From assembly GCA_963815455.1 (NCBI GenBank), contig CAWFGO010000002.1:1-64000 (forward strand): a stretch of DNA of 64,000 nt. The letters are read 5' to 3'. Below the pieces are notes generated by a model, which was not told where the DNA came from, did no database searches, and worked only from the letters and a program-made list of their open reading frames with translations. The stretch comes from an uncultured Verrucomicrobiae bacterium. Its GTDB lineage: Bacteria > Verrucomicrobiota > Verrucomicrobiia > Chthoniobacterales > UBA10450. The translations under genes were made by a program, and so were the position numbers. Numbering within the stretch: the stretch's first letter is position 1; every line of letters begins with the position of its first letter. Positions 30,004 to 40,408 of this stretch are shown here, piece by piece.

Positions 30004-33000
30004 TTACGGAGGGAGCGCATTTCCGGAGCGGGATTTTACCGTCGAGATATCCGAAGCGTTGATCAGGCCGTTGACGTTCACGTCGTTTTTGAAGTTCGTC
30101 ATGGTCGCCGCTTCACCCGAATGCGACTTGGTCTGACTGATGTCGGACGCGTTAACCAAACCGTTGCCGGTTGTGTCGCCCACGAGGAATCCCGCCGTTA
30201 AGTTCGCTGACGCCAGCACTCCGCCATCTACCGCCGTGAGGTTCGTTGCGGTTACCGTCAGTCTCTGCTGATCCGTTACTCCACTCAGGGGCACAATCAG
30301 GTCATTTCCGCTGGCGGTTACCGAGCCCGCGCTTCCCACGCCCGAAGTGACCATCGCGTTTCCGCTCTGCATCGGCTTGTCGAACTTCAGCACCAGTGTG
30401 TAGTTGCCGCTCCCATTTCGCGGCTCCACTCCGGACCCGTCCAATGGCATCACCGCTTCGAATGATCCGGCGGCACCGTGCGTCATCCGCGATACTCCTC
30501 CCGTGAGCACTGGCGCCGGTGCTGTCGTAGTGCAGACGTTGCGCAGAAGAATATTCGTGACCGCGATGTCATCCAGATAGAAGCCCGCGAATTGCGCGCC
30601 TGGGTCGGACGTAAACCTCCATCGGAACTGAATCGGTGTCGCCCGGGGTCAGACCAGTCAGCAGATGGCAGCGCCGGCCATAAGCGGTCAGCGCGTCAGT
30701 GGTCCAGGTATTGCAATCCACACCGCCGATTGCAGCCGGCCCGGTAATGACCGCCTTGGAGGCCGGGTAATCGCAGGCGTTAATCGGCGGATCGTCGGTG
30801 CAGTCCAACGCCGCATAATCGGCCGTAATGTCAGAGACCATGCATCCATCTGCGGTCGAATTGCTCGGCGCGGGCACGTCGGTCCACGGACCGCCGTTGC
30901 GCGAATACTCGATTGCGATTCCATCCCAGCCTTTCTCCAACTGGTGACGTTCCCAATACGTCAGATTTAGAGTGGTCGAAGCCGACGGTCAGGACCGGCG
31001 TTTCGGCTGCCGCGCACACATTGTTGGAGTAAATCGCGTTCGGGCCCGGTCCGGCATTGCGGTAGGCGTAAGCGCCAGCCGGTGTATGATTGGCGCCCGG
31101 GTCGTCGGCAACCCTAACGAACCGCCACGCCGGATCGGCGCTGTTGCCGCCTCCGGCCGGATTTAGCCGCAGGAACGAGGTGGCATCACCGCCGCCATCC
31201 ATCCAGGTGCCGGCCGCGGCCTGTTGCCGGGACCGTAGGCTGTGCCGGCGATATGAACGTTGTTGGTTTCCTCGTTACCGCCGCACGCGCCCCCGCCGCC
31301 CGTGCCGTTGTCCTCCGCGCGCACCACATAATAGTACGTGTTGCCGCTGGTAAGATTGTCGGTATCGACATAGGAACTGGGACCCGGAACGCAGGCTGGC
31401 AACCCGGTTGCGCCGCCGATGGCACAAAATCCGGCACCGTTCCGCGATAAACGTTGTATTTCAGCTGTCTGAGGGGGCAACTCACACTGCCCGGCGACCA
31501 GCTCACCACAATGCCGCAATCAGGACCATCGACGCTGGTGGCAGCCGGTCGCGCCGGCGAAGATCGGTTGCAAGTTGCAGCTTCCGGTCGCGGTGGCGCT
31601 GACGCCGCCGCTCCGAACAAGCGCCTGGCACTTGCCCGCCGCATCGGTCGCCGCGATCACACGATAAGTGTAGGTCACGCCGCCTTGGGCCGTGGTGTCA
31701 GTGAAACTGGTCGAAGTACCGGGAACAGAGGTGAGCGGCTGATAAAGCCCTTCGCTGCCAACTGCCCCAACCGCGCGTTCGATGGCGTAGCTGCCCGGCG
31801 TCGGCGTGATGCCGGTCCAGGTCACTTGAATCTGGTTAGGCCCGGGAACGGAAGCGGTGCCGATAATCGGGGCGCTGGTTGGCCGAGAGGTGCAGGCCGA
31901 AGGCTGGCACTGGCCCATGCCGGTTCCAGCAGGAAAAGCGGCGGAGGCCACTCGGGTGCGCCATTCGAAGTTGGTCGTGCCACTGCCCAGGGCATAATAT
32001 TCGTTCGCATACCAGAAAGTGCAGTCGTCGGCCGGATCGACGCTCATGCTGCTATAATCGCCCCAGCGCCCGGGCAAGCATGCCGAGCGGGATCCGGCAA
32101 CTTCATTTCGGGTGCCGGTAAAGATGATCGTTTCAGGAACGGTCATCGTTCCCAGAGGATCGTTCTTCGCCCGGCCGGTGTAGCGGATCGAGTGGGCATC
32201 GATCGCTTCGATTGTGCCGGTGGCGCTATAGCCGACAATGATGTTCTCGGCGCCATCCATACTGATCGACGGCATCCAGCGGGAACGGCCATTAGGCGCG
32301 TCGGCCACGGTCCCCTGCTGATAAGTGCAGGGATAACTGGAGCAGACAGCGTCGGGTTGTCCTGAAATACGGAATTCGTACCAGCGAATGCCGGAGACGA
32401 CGCCGGTAATGTTCGGGTCGACCGAGTGTGAGATTACCAGGGATTCGTGATCGATGAAGTTTCGGTAGGCCAGGCGGAACATGAGACGATCGGCCAGCGA
32501 GTCGAGAGTGAATGCGCTTTGAGGCTGCGGAATGCAATTACCCGCCGCCGCAAGCGGCACTGGCCGGGGCGATGGGCATAACCGCTTGAAGCGTGCGGGT
32601 TGTGTTCGCCGGCGTGGCGAAATCCACTTTCATTCGATAGAGGTACATCCCATCGCCGTGAACGGAGGTAAAGATGCCCGGCGCCCCTCCCGGCGGCGGA
32701 GCGAATCCATCCAGGTCCGCGGGCATATGCCCGCCTTCCAGAGGATCGACAATGACCTGCCAGGTGGCGGTCGGATCTGCCGCGAGCATTTTAGTCCGAT
32801 CCATGGCGCCGAACCCGCCGCCCACATAGCTGGGCGTGCCGGAAGAGGCGGTAAAATGGTGGGCCATTACGTAGTAGGCGTCGGTCCAGACACCGTAGTG
32901 CGGATAATCGCCGAAATTGCCATTGGGCACGGCAAAGGCATAACGAGCATAATGTCCCGGTAGCGTTGGCTGTGGTGGAAATCGCTACGCACTGATAGTA

Positions 33001-33861
33001 GAAACCGCCCGAAACGGATGAAGTAAACTGCGAGATCAGCCATCGGTTCGCCACTTTGTCATAGAGCACAACCGGGTCGCCGGAATTCTGCGATTGGCAC
33101 GCACCGCCGAAGCCTGCCCAGAGCGTATTAATGTTGACCGGCCCTAGGATCGACGTGGCGGTGTTGGTCGCGCGATTGAGCGACCATACCTGATAGCTCG
33201 TGTTGACCGTCTCTACGTACTGATCGTTACCGACCGAGCCGTTCGTGTCCGGCGGGTATCCCCCCGTTAAACTCCCGGCAACACCATCGAAATTGAAACC
33301 GGTGACCGCAGTCGTCGGAGCCGCCGGCCGGCTCACATCCCGGGGGGCCGGCGCGACCTGAGTCACCGGGTCCGGCCTTGCTGAACGAAGTATGCGTGAG
33401 GGCGGCAGCGGAAGTTCCGGGAGCTGCTCTTCCTTCGGTTCAGGAAGCGAAATTTTAGCCAGCTCCGTCAGCGGCGGCGAAATGTCGAAGTTTGAGGGTG
33501 AGACCGAGTAAACGATCTGGCCGAGTTGATTGCGCTGTTCTTTAATCCTGATGTTCCGGGCGCTGGCTGCCGTCCCTGGCATTTGCCCGCCGCGGTCGGC
33601 GGTGGGCGGGCCGCCGGAAACGGTTTTCGCGGCGCCCCCTCGTGCCGTGAGCATCCTTTTTAATGAAGCCAACAACGACTGGTGGCTACCGGGACCGCTT
33701 TTCACGGCAACGGATCGCGTCTCCGTTCGCGATTCACCGAACGGAGCGGGAATGGTTCCCCCCGCGGCGAGCGCAAGAATGCACCCAACCGCGCCCAGTG
33801 AGATGGCTGTCAAAACGCGCAGATTAAAAATACCGGATTGAGAGGCGGATTTCTTTTTCAT
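30004..33861 (-). pseudogene. Large secreted protein (propeller-like domain, FN3-like repeats, C-terminal beta+dockerin-like module) with at least 8 single-base indels; probably intact and mis-sequenced
   Basis: Fragments 32791..33861, 32538..32930, 31520..32560, 31186..31644, 31163..31519, 30831..31202, 30569..30940 and 30004..30510 stitch into one protein homologous to 51041..53167. Confidence 0.8.
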
Positions 33862-34055
33862 AGAGTGATTAAGTTAAGGACCGACGATTAACAGGTTCGG
33901 ATGAACGAACGCCTGTTGAGTGGTTGACATGCTCCCAATTCGGTTCTCAGCCGGCAACCGGTTGCCTACCTTGTCCGTGTTTCGACATTTCACCTTCACC
34001 CGGCATTGCTCCGCCCGGTTGACAAATTCGCGGTTCTTTGATAGCAGATTCGCCC

Positions 34056-34859
34056 ATGTGTCGTTTTATCACCGTCCTTTTTGCTCTTGTTGCCGGTTCC
34101 ACTTGTTTCGCCGGGCCGGAATCGCTTCCATCGGGCAAGGAAATGGCCGTTTCACCGGCTCCCGCTCCACCAGCCTGTTCCTGGACCGGCATTTACGTTG
34201 GCCTGCGCATCGGTTACGGCGGGCAATGGCACGATGTTCGTTTTGATCCCAGCCGAAGCCCGGGAGACTTCGGTTATTACGGCGACGATGTCTCAGTTGA
34301 TAGCGATGGCGTGATCGGCGGCGGCGCGCTCGGATATAACTATCAGCTTGGCCGGTTCGTGCTCGGCGCCGAAGCGGATTTTTCCGGGGCCGACGTTTCC
34401 GGTAATGGCGTGAATGAGCATCTGAGGTCGGTTGGACCTAACGGCTATGATCCGGATGCGAGCGACCTGTTCGCCCATGAAGACATCGATTGGTTCGGTA
34501 CCGTTCGAGGGCGGATCGGGTACCTCGTTTCGCCCTGCCTGTTGTTTTACGGCACCGGCGGCTTCGCCTATGTCGATCGTACCCTAACGGGAGACCTGGA
34601 CGTTTTCCAGGTGGGTGCGTATCACCACTTTGGCAAATGGGATGGCGTCGTCCCCGGTTGGACGGCCGGTGCAGGCCTGGAGTGGAAACTCGATCGACAC
34701 TGGAGCGTAAAGGTTGAATATCTCTATCTTGATGCTCGCCATCACACTGCTCATGGTCTCGAGACTAGCGACGGTTTCACATATCGTTACTATGCGGTCG
34801 ATTACACTGGTGATACCGAACTGCACACCGGCTCCGTCGGATTAAACTATCAGTTCTGA
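34056..34859 (+). CDS. Outer-membrane beta-barrel protein (Omp25/RopB-like porin family)
   Basis: SWTGIYVG..GYG, GYNYQ..FVLGAEAD, TVRGRIGY, GWTAGAGLE..WSVKVEY, terminal YQF. Confidence 0.88.
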   Translation: MCRFITVLFALVAGSTCFAGPESLPSGKEMAVSPAPAPPACSWTGIYVGLRIGYGGQWHDVRFDPSRSPGDFGYYGDDVSVDSDGVIGGGALGYNYQLGRFVLGAEADFSGADVSGNGVNEHLRSVGPNGYDPDASDLFAHEDIDWFGTVRGRIGYLVSPCLLFYGTGGFAYVDRTLTGDLDVFQVGAYHHFGKWDGVVPGWTAGAGLEWKLDRHWSVKVEYLYLDARHHTAHGLETSDGFTYRYYAVDYTGDTELHTGSVGLNYQF

Positions 34860-35055
34860 TGTCGGCAGCGCGCCGGTTGCGACGGTGATGACATCCATCG
34901 GCCCGGTCTAGGCACCCCTTTTGTTGTAGCCGCTGGTCGAAGACTCGCCGTGGAGAGCGCCGACTGCGGCCACTCCGTCCTCTGTCCTCCGTCTGCTTTC
35001 CCCCTGCTCCGCGCCTGAATGGTCTGCGTTTTGCTTCCCTAGTGCCCCGGAGCCC

Positions 35056-35469
35056 ATGAAAAACCCCTTACGCATTCTAACTGTCGAGGACGAGCCGGCC
35101 GTGACAGACCTGCTTGCGCTCATATTGGGCGGGCCGGCCGCGAAGGTAACCAGCGCATCCGACGGCTGGATGGCGCTCATGAAGATCGGCGCCGCCGCGC
35201 ACCCTTTCGACGTCGTCATTACCGACCATCAGATGCAACGTGTGAATGGGCTCGAACTGGTGCGTCACCTGCGAAAGCGCGAGTTCCCGGGCAAGATCAT
35301 CGTCCTCTCGGCCCATCTCACCGATGAGAACATCCAGGCTTACGAGGAACTAAAGGTGGACATGTTCCTGGCCAAACCCTTCGATGTGGAAGAGCTGCAG
35401 CTGGCCATGAGCCTCCTCACGAAAAAAACGTCAGGAACCGCACCAGCGCCTTTGGCAGCGGTGGCCTGA
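35056..35469 (+). CDS. Single-domain response regulator (receiver only), paralog of 29051..29434
   Basis: VEDE, FDVVITDH, GLELV, VLSAHL, KPF. Confidence 0.9.
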   Translation: MKNPLRILTVEDEPAVTDLLALILGGPAAKVTSASDGWMALMKIGAAAHPFDVVITDHQMQRVNGLELVRHLRKREFPGKIIVLSAHLTDENIQAYEELKVDMFLAKPFDVEELQLAMSLLTKKTSGTAPAPLAAVA

Positions 35470-35498
35470 TTTCCGACTTCTTCGACTTCTGACTTCTG

Positions 35499-35801
35499 CT
35501 ACAGCCGGCTTATCTTTCCTGTCTGCGGGTCGACCATCACTTTTTCGGCAACGTTGCCGCCGGTCCGCCTAAACTGCACGATCCAGACGGAGTTGTCCTT
35601 TACCGTGCCCATTTCGCAGCTGATCAACTGCGCGCCCGGATACTTCTGCTGAACCAACTTCTGCGCCGCCTCTTTGGTGATCGTGGTCGCAGCGGCGGCC
35701 TGGCTATCGGTCGCTGCCTTTTTTGGCTCGGCTTGAGCCCGCGAGTTGGCGAGAACGGAAACGACAACAATTGAAAGAACGATGTAAGCGAATTTTCTCA
35801 T
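35499..35801 (-). CDS. Secreted PepSY-domain protein
   Basis: Signal peptide; IT.E.A...V...YPG ... VW.V ... V.VDP.TGKI. Confidence 0.75.
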   Translation of the reverse strand: MRKFAYIVLSIVVVSVLANSRAQAEPKKAATDSQAAAATTITKEAAQKLVQQKYPGAQLISCEMGTVKDNSVWIVQFRRTGGNVAEKVMVDPQTGKISRL

Positions 35802-35866
35802 GTCCCTAATAAATACGGATCGTCCCGATAATGCAATCCCTTTGCCTCGGGCTCCTGCTTGCCTGC

Positions 35867-36313
35867 CTCGCCCTGACCACTCGACTTCAAGGTGTCGAGG
35901 CGGCCGTGCCGGCCGCGGGTATTGAAACTCCGTCGTCGCAAGCCCTCGCGACTTTACCTTTCTATGTCGTTAATCCCAAATTCTTATTAACTGATAATCG
36001 ATAATGGCAACGCTCCGCATTTCCTAACGTCTGCCTTGGACCAGGTTAACAATGATGATAATGACGGCAATCACGAGGAGGAGATGGATGAGTCCGCCAC
36101 CCACGTGACCGATAAAGCCAAGAAGCCAGAGCACGACCAGAATAACAATAATAGTCCAAAGCATAGAATTCCTTTCGGTTGAGTCGGCCCTCATTTCGCC
36201 ACAACGCCGCGACTCAATCAAGAAAGATTTCGGCCCGACACGCCTTCTCGACGGACCCGCCCGCGCTCGCCCTGACCACTTGACTTCAAGTCGCAGAGGC
36301 AGCCGTGTCGGCC
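35867..36313 (+). repeat. Direct repeat pair (35867..35914 and 36266..36313)
   Basis: ctcgccctgaccactYgacttcaag-N5-gaggcRgccgtgYcggcc present twice, flanking a small gene. Confidence 0.8.
36024..36164 (-). CDS. lmo0937-family small membrane protein
   Basis: MLWTIIVILVVLWLLGF...GGGLIHLLLVIAVI...LVQGRR. Confidence 0.9.
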   Translation of the reverse strand: MLWTIIVILVVLWLLGFIGHVGGGLIHLLLVIAVIIIIVNLVQGRR

Positions 36314-36377
36314 CAAGATCGACAATTTCAGAACCTCGCTTTTTTTCCCGTTCTGACCACTGACTTGTGGCCGGACG

Positions 36378-36902
36378 CTACCAGGAATGTTTCCTGGCCG
36401 TACTTGCTTTTTTCTTGGCCGATTGCGGCTCTTTGGCCGGCACCGGCTGCAGGAACACGTCAGAATGAATATAAAAACCGTTTATCTGCCAGGTATCGTT
36501 CACACGCAGCAGCTGGATCTGAATGGTCGCATGCCCCTTCTCGAATTCAGCCGGAACGGTGTAGTTGCCTACCGTGGCCGTGCCTTCCCCGGTAAACGTG
36601 CTGGTGCCGACCATTCCCTTTGGCGTGCCGAGCTGTTTGAATGACCCCAGCCGCTGGAACATCTCAAAAATGCGATCATACCCGCCGCGCGCGGCCACCG
36701 TTGAATTCAGTTGCGGGCTGGCCCGGTTAACCAGCTCCTGGATGTTCCAATTCGTGACAATCTTAGGTACGGCGTTCTGAATATAAGCCGTGACGTCTTT
36801 ATCCAGCCTCAGCGCAGCCGGAATCAAAATAGCCGCGGCGATCCCGGCAATCACCAGGATCACGCCAAAAATGCCGCCCAGGATCATGAAGAACTTTTTC
36901 AT
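36378..36902 (-). CDS. Hypothetical protein with N-terminal membrane anchor
   Basis: 174-aa ORF, N-terminal TM helix, C-terminal Y..PAEFEKG.A.I.I.L....W.I.GF. Confidence 0.7.
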   Translation of the reverse strand: MKKFFMILGGIFGVILVIAGIAAAILIPAALRLDKDVTAYIQNAVPKIVTNWNIQELVNRASPQLNSTVAARGGYDRIFEMFQRLGSFKQLGTPKGMVGTSTFTGEGTATVGNYTVPAEFEKGHATIQIQLLRVNDTWQINGFYIHSDVFLQPVPAKEPQSAKKKASTARKHSW

Positions 36903-37000
36903 ATCAAGCGGAATAAAACGGGATACCGATCATCATCAGGTCCGCCCCAGTTAGGCAAGATCGAAATCCGCCCCGACCGGAACGAAAATCGAAAGAAAAG

Positions 37001-37055
37001 CTCGCCACGGCGAGTCCGTCTTTTGCCGGACAGGTCGCAGACTCGCCGTGGAGAG
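37001..37055. repeat. Hairpin repeat element (ctcgccacggcgagtc ... gactcgccgtggagag)
   Basis: Inverted arms; related sequences at 19557 and ~34942. Confidence 0.65.
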
Positions 37056-37101
37056 AACGAAGGAACTCCGACGTCGATCTTGTTATGACCTCCGATTGTT
37101 T

Positions 37102-37929
37102 CTGTAGCCACAGCCTGCCCACCGTGTGCGGGTCGCTACGCGACGTCAGATCTGTAGCCGCTGTCGCTGACTGCGGCCGATCCGACTTCTTAATTCTTAC
37201 TTTCCTGTTTCCCGTTTCTCCTCCCAGGCATAAAGCCGCCCCTGGGTGTCAAACCCAGGCACCTGCACCATCCGCTCGTAGCGAAGTCCGAGTTTTTCCA
37301 AAAGATGCGCCGACTTCGCATTGGTCGGCGAAGTGAAGGCGATGATACGCTTCAGACCCAGCTCGGTTCGGCCGTATTGCATCAAGGCCGTAGCCGCTTC
37401 GAAGGCGTAACCGTTACCGGAGAACTCCTGAAGCGTCGAATACCCAATATCGAAGTCCTCAAAGGTGCCGCGTTTCATCAATCCGCACGTGCCAACCGGC
37501 GCGCCAGATGATTTCAATTTCACCACGCAATAACCGACTCCGTAACGCTGGTGTCCTGGCAGAAACTTTTCCCTGATATAATCCGCGGCCTGCTCCACCG
37601 TTCGAACCCCGCGGTCGGCCACATTGGCAATGAAATCCGGCTCGTTCAGCGTCCGGAGGACAAAAGCCGCATCCCGCTCCGCCTCTACTGCCCGCACAAT
37701 TAGCCTCTTGGTTTCGATTTGCTGCATACGCGATCCGTCACCTGAACTTTAACAGAAGGAAACGAAGGTCGCGAAAGCGGGAGAGGGCGGAGATCGGTGA
37801 TCGGGGCTCATGCTCATGCTCATGCTCAATGGAAATTGAGGGAGCCCAGACCGGGGTCAGCGCTCCCGGCTACAACGGATTCCAATGTCGCATAGCGACC
37901 CGCACACGGCGGGCAGGCTGTGGCTACAG
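37102..37929. repeat. Nested inverted REP pairs enclosing a GNAT gene
   Basis: Outer arms 37102..37144 / 37887..37929 (41/43 identical inverted); inner arms 37153..37176 / 37851..37874. Confidence 0.85.
37197..37727 (-). CDS. GNAT N-acetyltransferase (RimJ/RimL family)
   Basis: IETKRL..R, GTCGL, DIGY...FSGNGYAFEAA, N.KS..LLEKLG. Confidence 0.92.
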   Translation of the reverse strand: MQQIETKRLIVRAVEAERDAAFVLRTLNEPDFIANVADRGVRTVEQAADYIREKFLPGHQRYGVGYCVVKLKSSGAPVGTCGLMKRGTFEDFDIGYSTLQEFSGNGYAFEAATALMQYGRTELGLKRIIAFTSPTNAKSAHLLEKLGLRYERMVQVPGFDTQGRLYAWEEKRETGK

Positions 37930-38031
37930 CGGACGTGAAATCGGAAGTCACAGGTCAGTTGTCAGTCAGTGGTCACCGAAGGCACTTTGACGCGTGCAGG
38001 CGGGTCGTCGATCTTCTATTCTTCTATTATT

Positions 38032-39042
38032 ATGAGCGATCCAAATCCCGCGCCGCCTTCACCCCAGCTTTTTTTTGAGACGATTAATGCGTATGAAAAA
38101 ACTGCGGCGCTGAAGGGGGCGGTCGAGCTGGATTTCTTTACCGCGATGGCCGATGGGCCGGCTACAGCGGCGGATATCGCCAAACATTGCCAGGCAGCCG
38201 AGCGCGGGGCGCGGATCCTGGCGGATTATCTGACGATCCTCGGGTTCCTGACCAAGACCGGTGACCGCTACGCGTTGACGCCGGATAGCGCGATGTTTCT
38301 CAATCGGAAGTCGCCGGCTTATGTGGGCGGGATGATCCAGTTTTTGTTGTCGCCGGAACTGCGCCGGGGCTTTGACGATATCGCGGCTACGGTGCGCAAG
38401 GGGGGCACGGCCCAGAGCGAGCTGGGAACGATCGCGCCGGAGCATCCGGTCTGGCTGGAATTCGCCCGGGCCATGGGACCGATGATGAAGACGTCGTCGG
38501 AGGTGCTGGCGGGATTGGTGCCTCTCGATGGTGCGCCGAAGATTTTGGATATCTCGGCCAGCCACGGGATGTGGGGAATGGCGTTCGCGCTAAAGCATCC
38601 GCGGGCGCAACTGGTGGCGTTGGACTGGGCGCCGGTGTTGAAGTTGACGCGGGAGAACGCGGAACGGGCGGGATTGAAGGACCGGTTCCAGACGATCGCG
38701 GGGAACGCGTTCGAGGTGGATCTCGGGTCGGGTTACGACGTGGTGTTGATTCCGAATTTTCTGCATCACTTTAACAAGGCGGATTGCGAGCGGTTCCTGA
38801 AGAAGGCGCACACCGCGTTGCGAAATGGCGGACGCGTGGCGATTGCGGAGTTCGTGCCGAATCCGGATCGGGTATCGCCGCCGCAGGCTGCGAGCTTCAG
38901 CTTCGTGATGCTGGCCAATACTCCGGAAGGAGACGCTTATACCTTGGCGGAGCTTGAGGAGATGCTAAAGAGCGCCGGGTTTAGCGGCATCGAGAGTCAT
39001 GATCTGCCGCCGATGTCGATGGCGATCGTTGCGCGGAAGTGA
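38032..39042 (+). CDS. SAM-dependent O-methyltransferase with N-terminal dimerisation domain
   Basis: AALKGAVELDFFT winged helix; ILDISASHGMWG, GNAFE, NFLHHF. Confidence 0.9.
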   Translation: MSDPNPAPPSPQLFFETINAYEKTAALKGAVELDFFTAMADGPATAADIAKHCQAAERGARILADYLTILGFLTKTGDRYALTPDSAMFLNRKSPAYVGGMIQFLLSPELRRGFDDIAATVRKGGTAQSELGTIAPEHPVWLEFARAMGPMMKTSSEVLAGLVPLDGAPKILDISASHGMWGMAFALKHPRAQLVALDWAPVLKLTRENAERAGLKDRFQTIAGNAFEVDLGSGYDVVLIPNFLHHFNKADCERFLKKAHTALRNGGRVAIAEFVPNPDRVSPPQAASFSFVMLANTPEGDAYTLAELEEMLKSAGFSGIESHDLPPMSMAIVARK

Positions 39043-39161
39043 ATGGGAGAGTGACGGGTGATCAGTGACCAGTGACCGCGTAAAGCGGGACAGTGATCAG
39101 CAATCAGCAAAGTTGTGAATGATATTTGGGCGGCTTCGGTCTAATCTGCAAAGGAGCGAAC

Positions 39162-39803
39162 ATGAAGTTACCAGGTGTTTTTGCCGGTTGTGTTTTGGTC
39201 GTATCTCTCTGTGGCGCGCAATCGCCGGCTCCGAATATATCGTCAGCACCGCAAGTCACGACGAAACGTCAGGCCAATGTCGAGCGCCGGCCTAAACCGG
39301 CGAAACGCCCATTGCCACCGGTTATTAGTTCGCCAATTCCGGCGCGGCCGCTCCCGCAGCGTGGAAAAAAAGGCGGGAACACCGGAACCGCAGGGAATGC
39401 GATCACGAGTAATCACGCTCCGTATTCGAACGCGCTCCGCCGGTACCGGCACGAACGGCACAACCGCAATTGGTGGAAACAGCATTACACCGTGATCGTC
39501 CTTGTCCTGGGCGGTTATTATTATTACGACTCGGGCTATTGGTGCCCGGCGTGGGGTTACGATCCGGCTTATCAATATTACGATTATGACGGGCCGATTT
39601 ACACCTACGGCAATTTGTTGCCGGACCAGGTGATCCTGAATGTGCAGCGGGCGCTGAAGGAACTGGGCTATTACACGGGCAGTTTAAATGGCTCGCTCGG
39701 GCCGGCGACGCGGCAAGCGATTGCGAGTTATCAAGAGGACGCCGGCCTAGAAGCGACAGGAGCAATCGATGCCGCGACGGTCGAGGCGCTCGGGTTGAAC
39801 TGA
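39162..39803 (+). CDS. Secreted Tyr-rich protein with C-terminal peptidoglycan-binding domain
   Basis: AAGGAG RBS; VQRALKELGYY.G..NG.LGP.TR.AI..YQ...GL..TG.ID. Confidence 0.88.
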   Translation: MKLPGVFAGCVLVVSLCGAQSPAPNISSAPQVTTKRQANVERRPKPAKRPLPPVISSPIPARPLPQRGKKGGNTGTAGNAITSNHAPYSNALRRYRHERHNRNWWKQHYTVIVLVLGGYYYYDSGYWCPAWGYDPAYQYYDYDGPIYTYGNLLPDQVILNVQRALKELGYYTGSLNGSLGPATRQAIASYQEDAGLEATGAIDAATVEALGLN

Positions 39804-39902
39804 GGGCAGGGCGGAATGTTTAACAGAAGGAAACTCCGAAAGCCTTCGCGAACGGGCGAAGTTTACGAAGGGAAGAGGTTAATCACAATGCGGGAATCAG
39901 CT

Positions 39903-39931
39903 TTGCGTTAAAAGAGCGGATGCGTTACCCT
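39903..39931 (+). promoter_or_regulatory. Candidate sigma-70 promoter giving leaderless antitoxin mRNA
   Basis: TTGCGT-17 bp-TACCCT, 7 nt before GTG 39939, no SD. Confidence 0.45.
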
Positions 39932-39938
39932 TTTCGCC

Positions 39939-40142
39939 GTGAGCGCGACGGAAATCATCGAGCAATTCAAGGCTCTTCCCGCCACTGAGCGAGCACAAGT
40001 GGCCAAGTTCGTTGTGGAAAACGATGATTCCTGGATTCCGGAATCCTTTAGGCAGGGTATGGCCGATGCCGCTGCGGGCCGGCTTGTGGACATGGAAACC
40101 GCGCTTAGCGGAACGAAACCGCCGTCTCGCGCGGCGGAATGA
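39939..40142 (+). CDS. Putative type II antitoxin (67 aa)
   Basis: Small acidic ORF overlapping the toxin by ATGA; 'MSA.EII..FKALP..ER' start and 'GMADAAAGR.V' motif. Confidence 0.7.
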   Translation: MSATEIIEQFKALPATERAQVAKFVVENDDSWIPESFRQGMADAAAGRLVDMETALSGTKPPSRAAE

Positions 40143-40408
40143 AATACTTTGCCACCCAGCGATTCTGGGAAAGCTTTTACGCCCTTTCATCAGGTCAGAA
40201 GGAGTCCACGCGTCGAGCTTGGGCAATCTTCAAGGAACATCCTTTCGATCCGCGACTGCGAACACACAAGATCCACAAGCTGTCGGCACGGTTCAATCGT
40301 ACGATTTACGCGGCGGAAATTGAAGCCGACTTGCGAGCCGTCTTCTACATTGAAACCGACATGGTGGTAACGGTGGATATCGGCTCGCACGATATTTACC
40401 GCGGGTGA
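40139..40408 (+). CDS. RelE/ParE-superfamily toxin (89 aa)
   Basis: T.RF...F..L...Q......F..HPFDP.LRTHKI...DLRAVF......VDIGSHDIY. Confidence 0.8.
   Translation: MKYFATQRFWESFYALSSGQKESTRRAWAIFKEHPFDPRLRTHKIHKLSARFNRTIYAAEIEADLRAVFYIETDMVVTVDIGSHDIYRG

Noticed and set aside
31454..32365. 303-aa plus-strand ORF
   Set aside because: Antisense to the frameshifted secreted-protein gene; low-complexity Arg/Gly/Ala composition.
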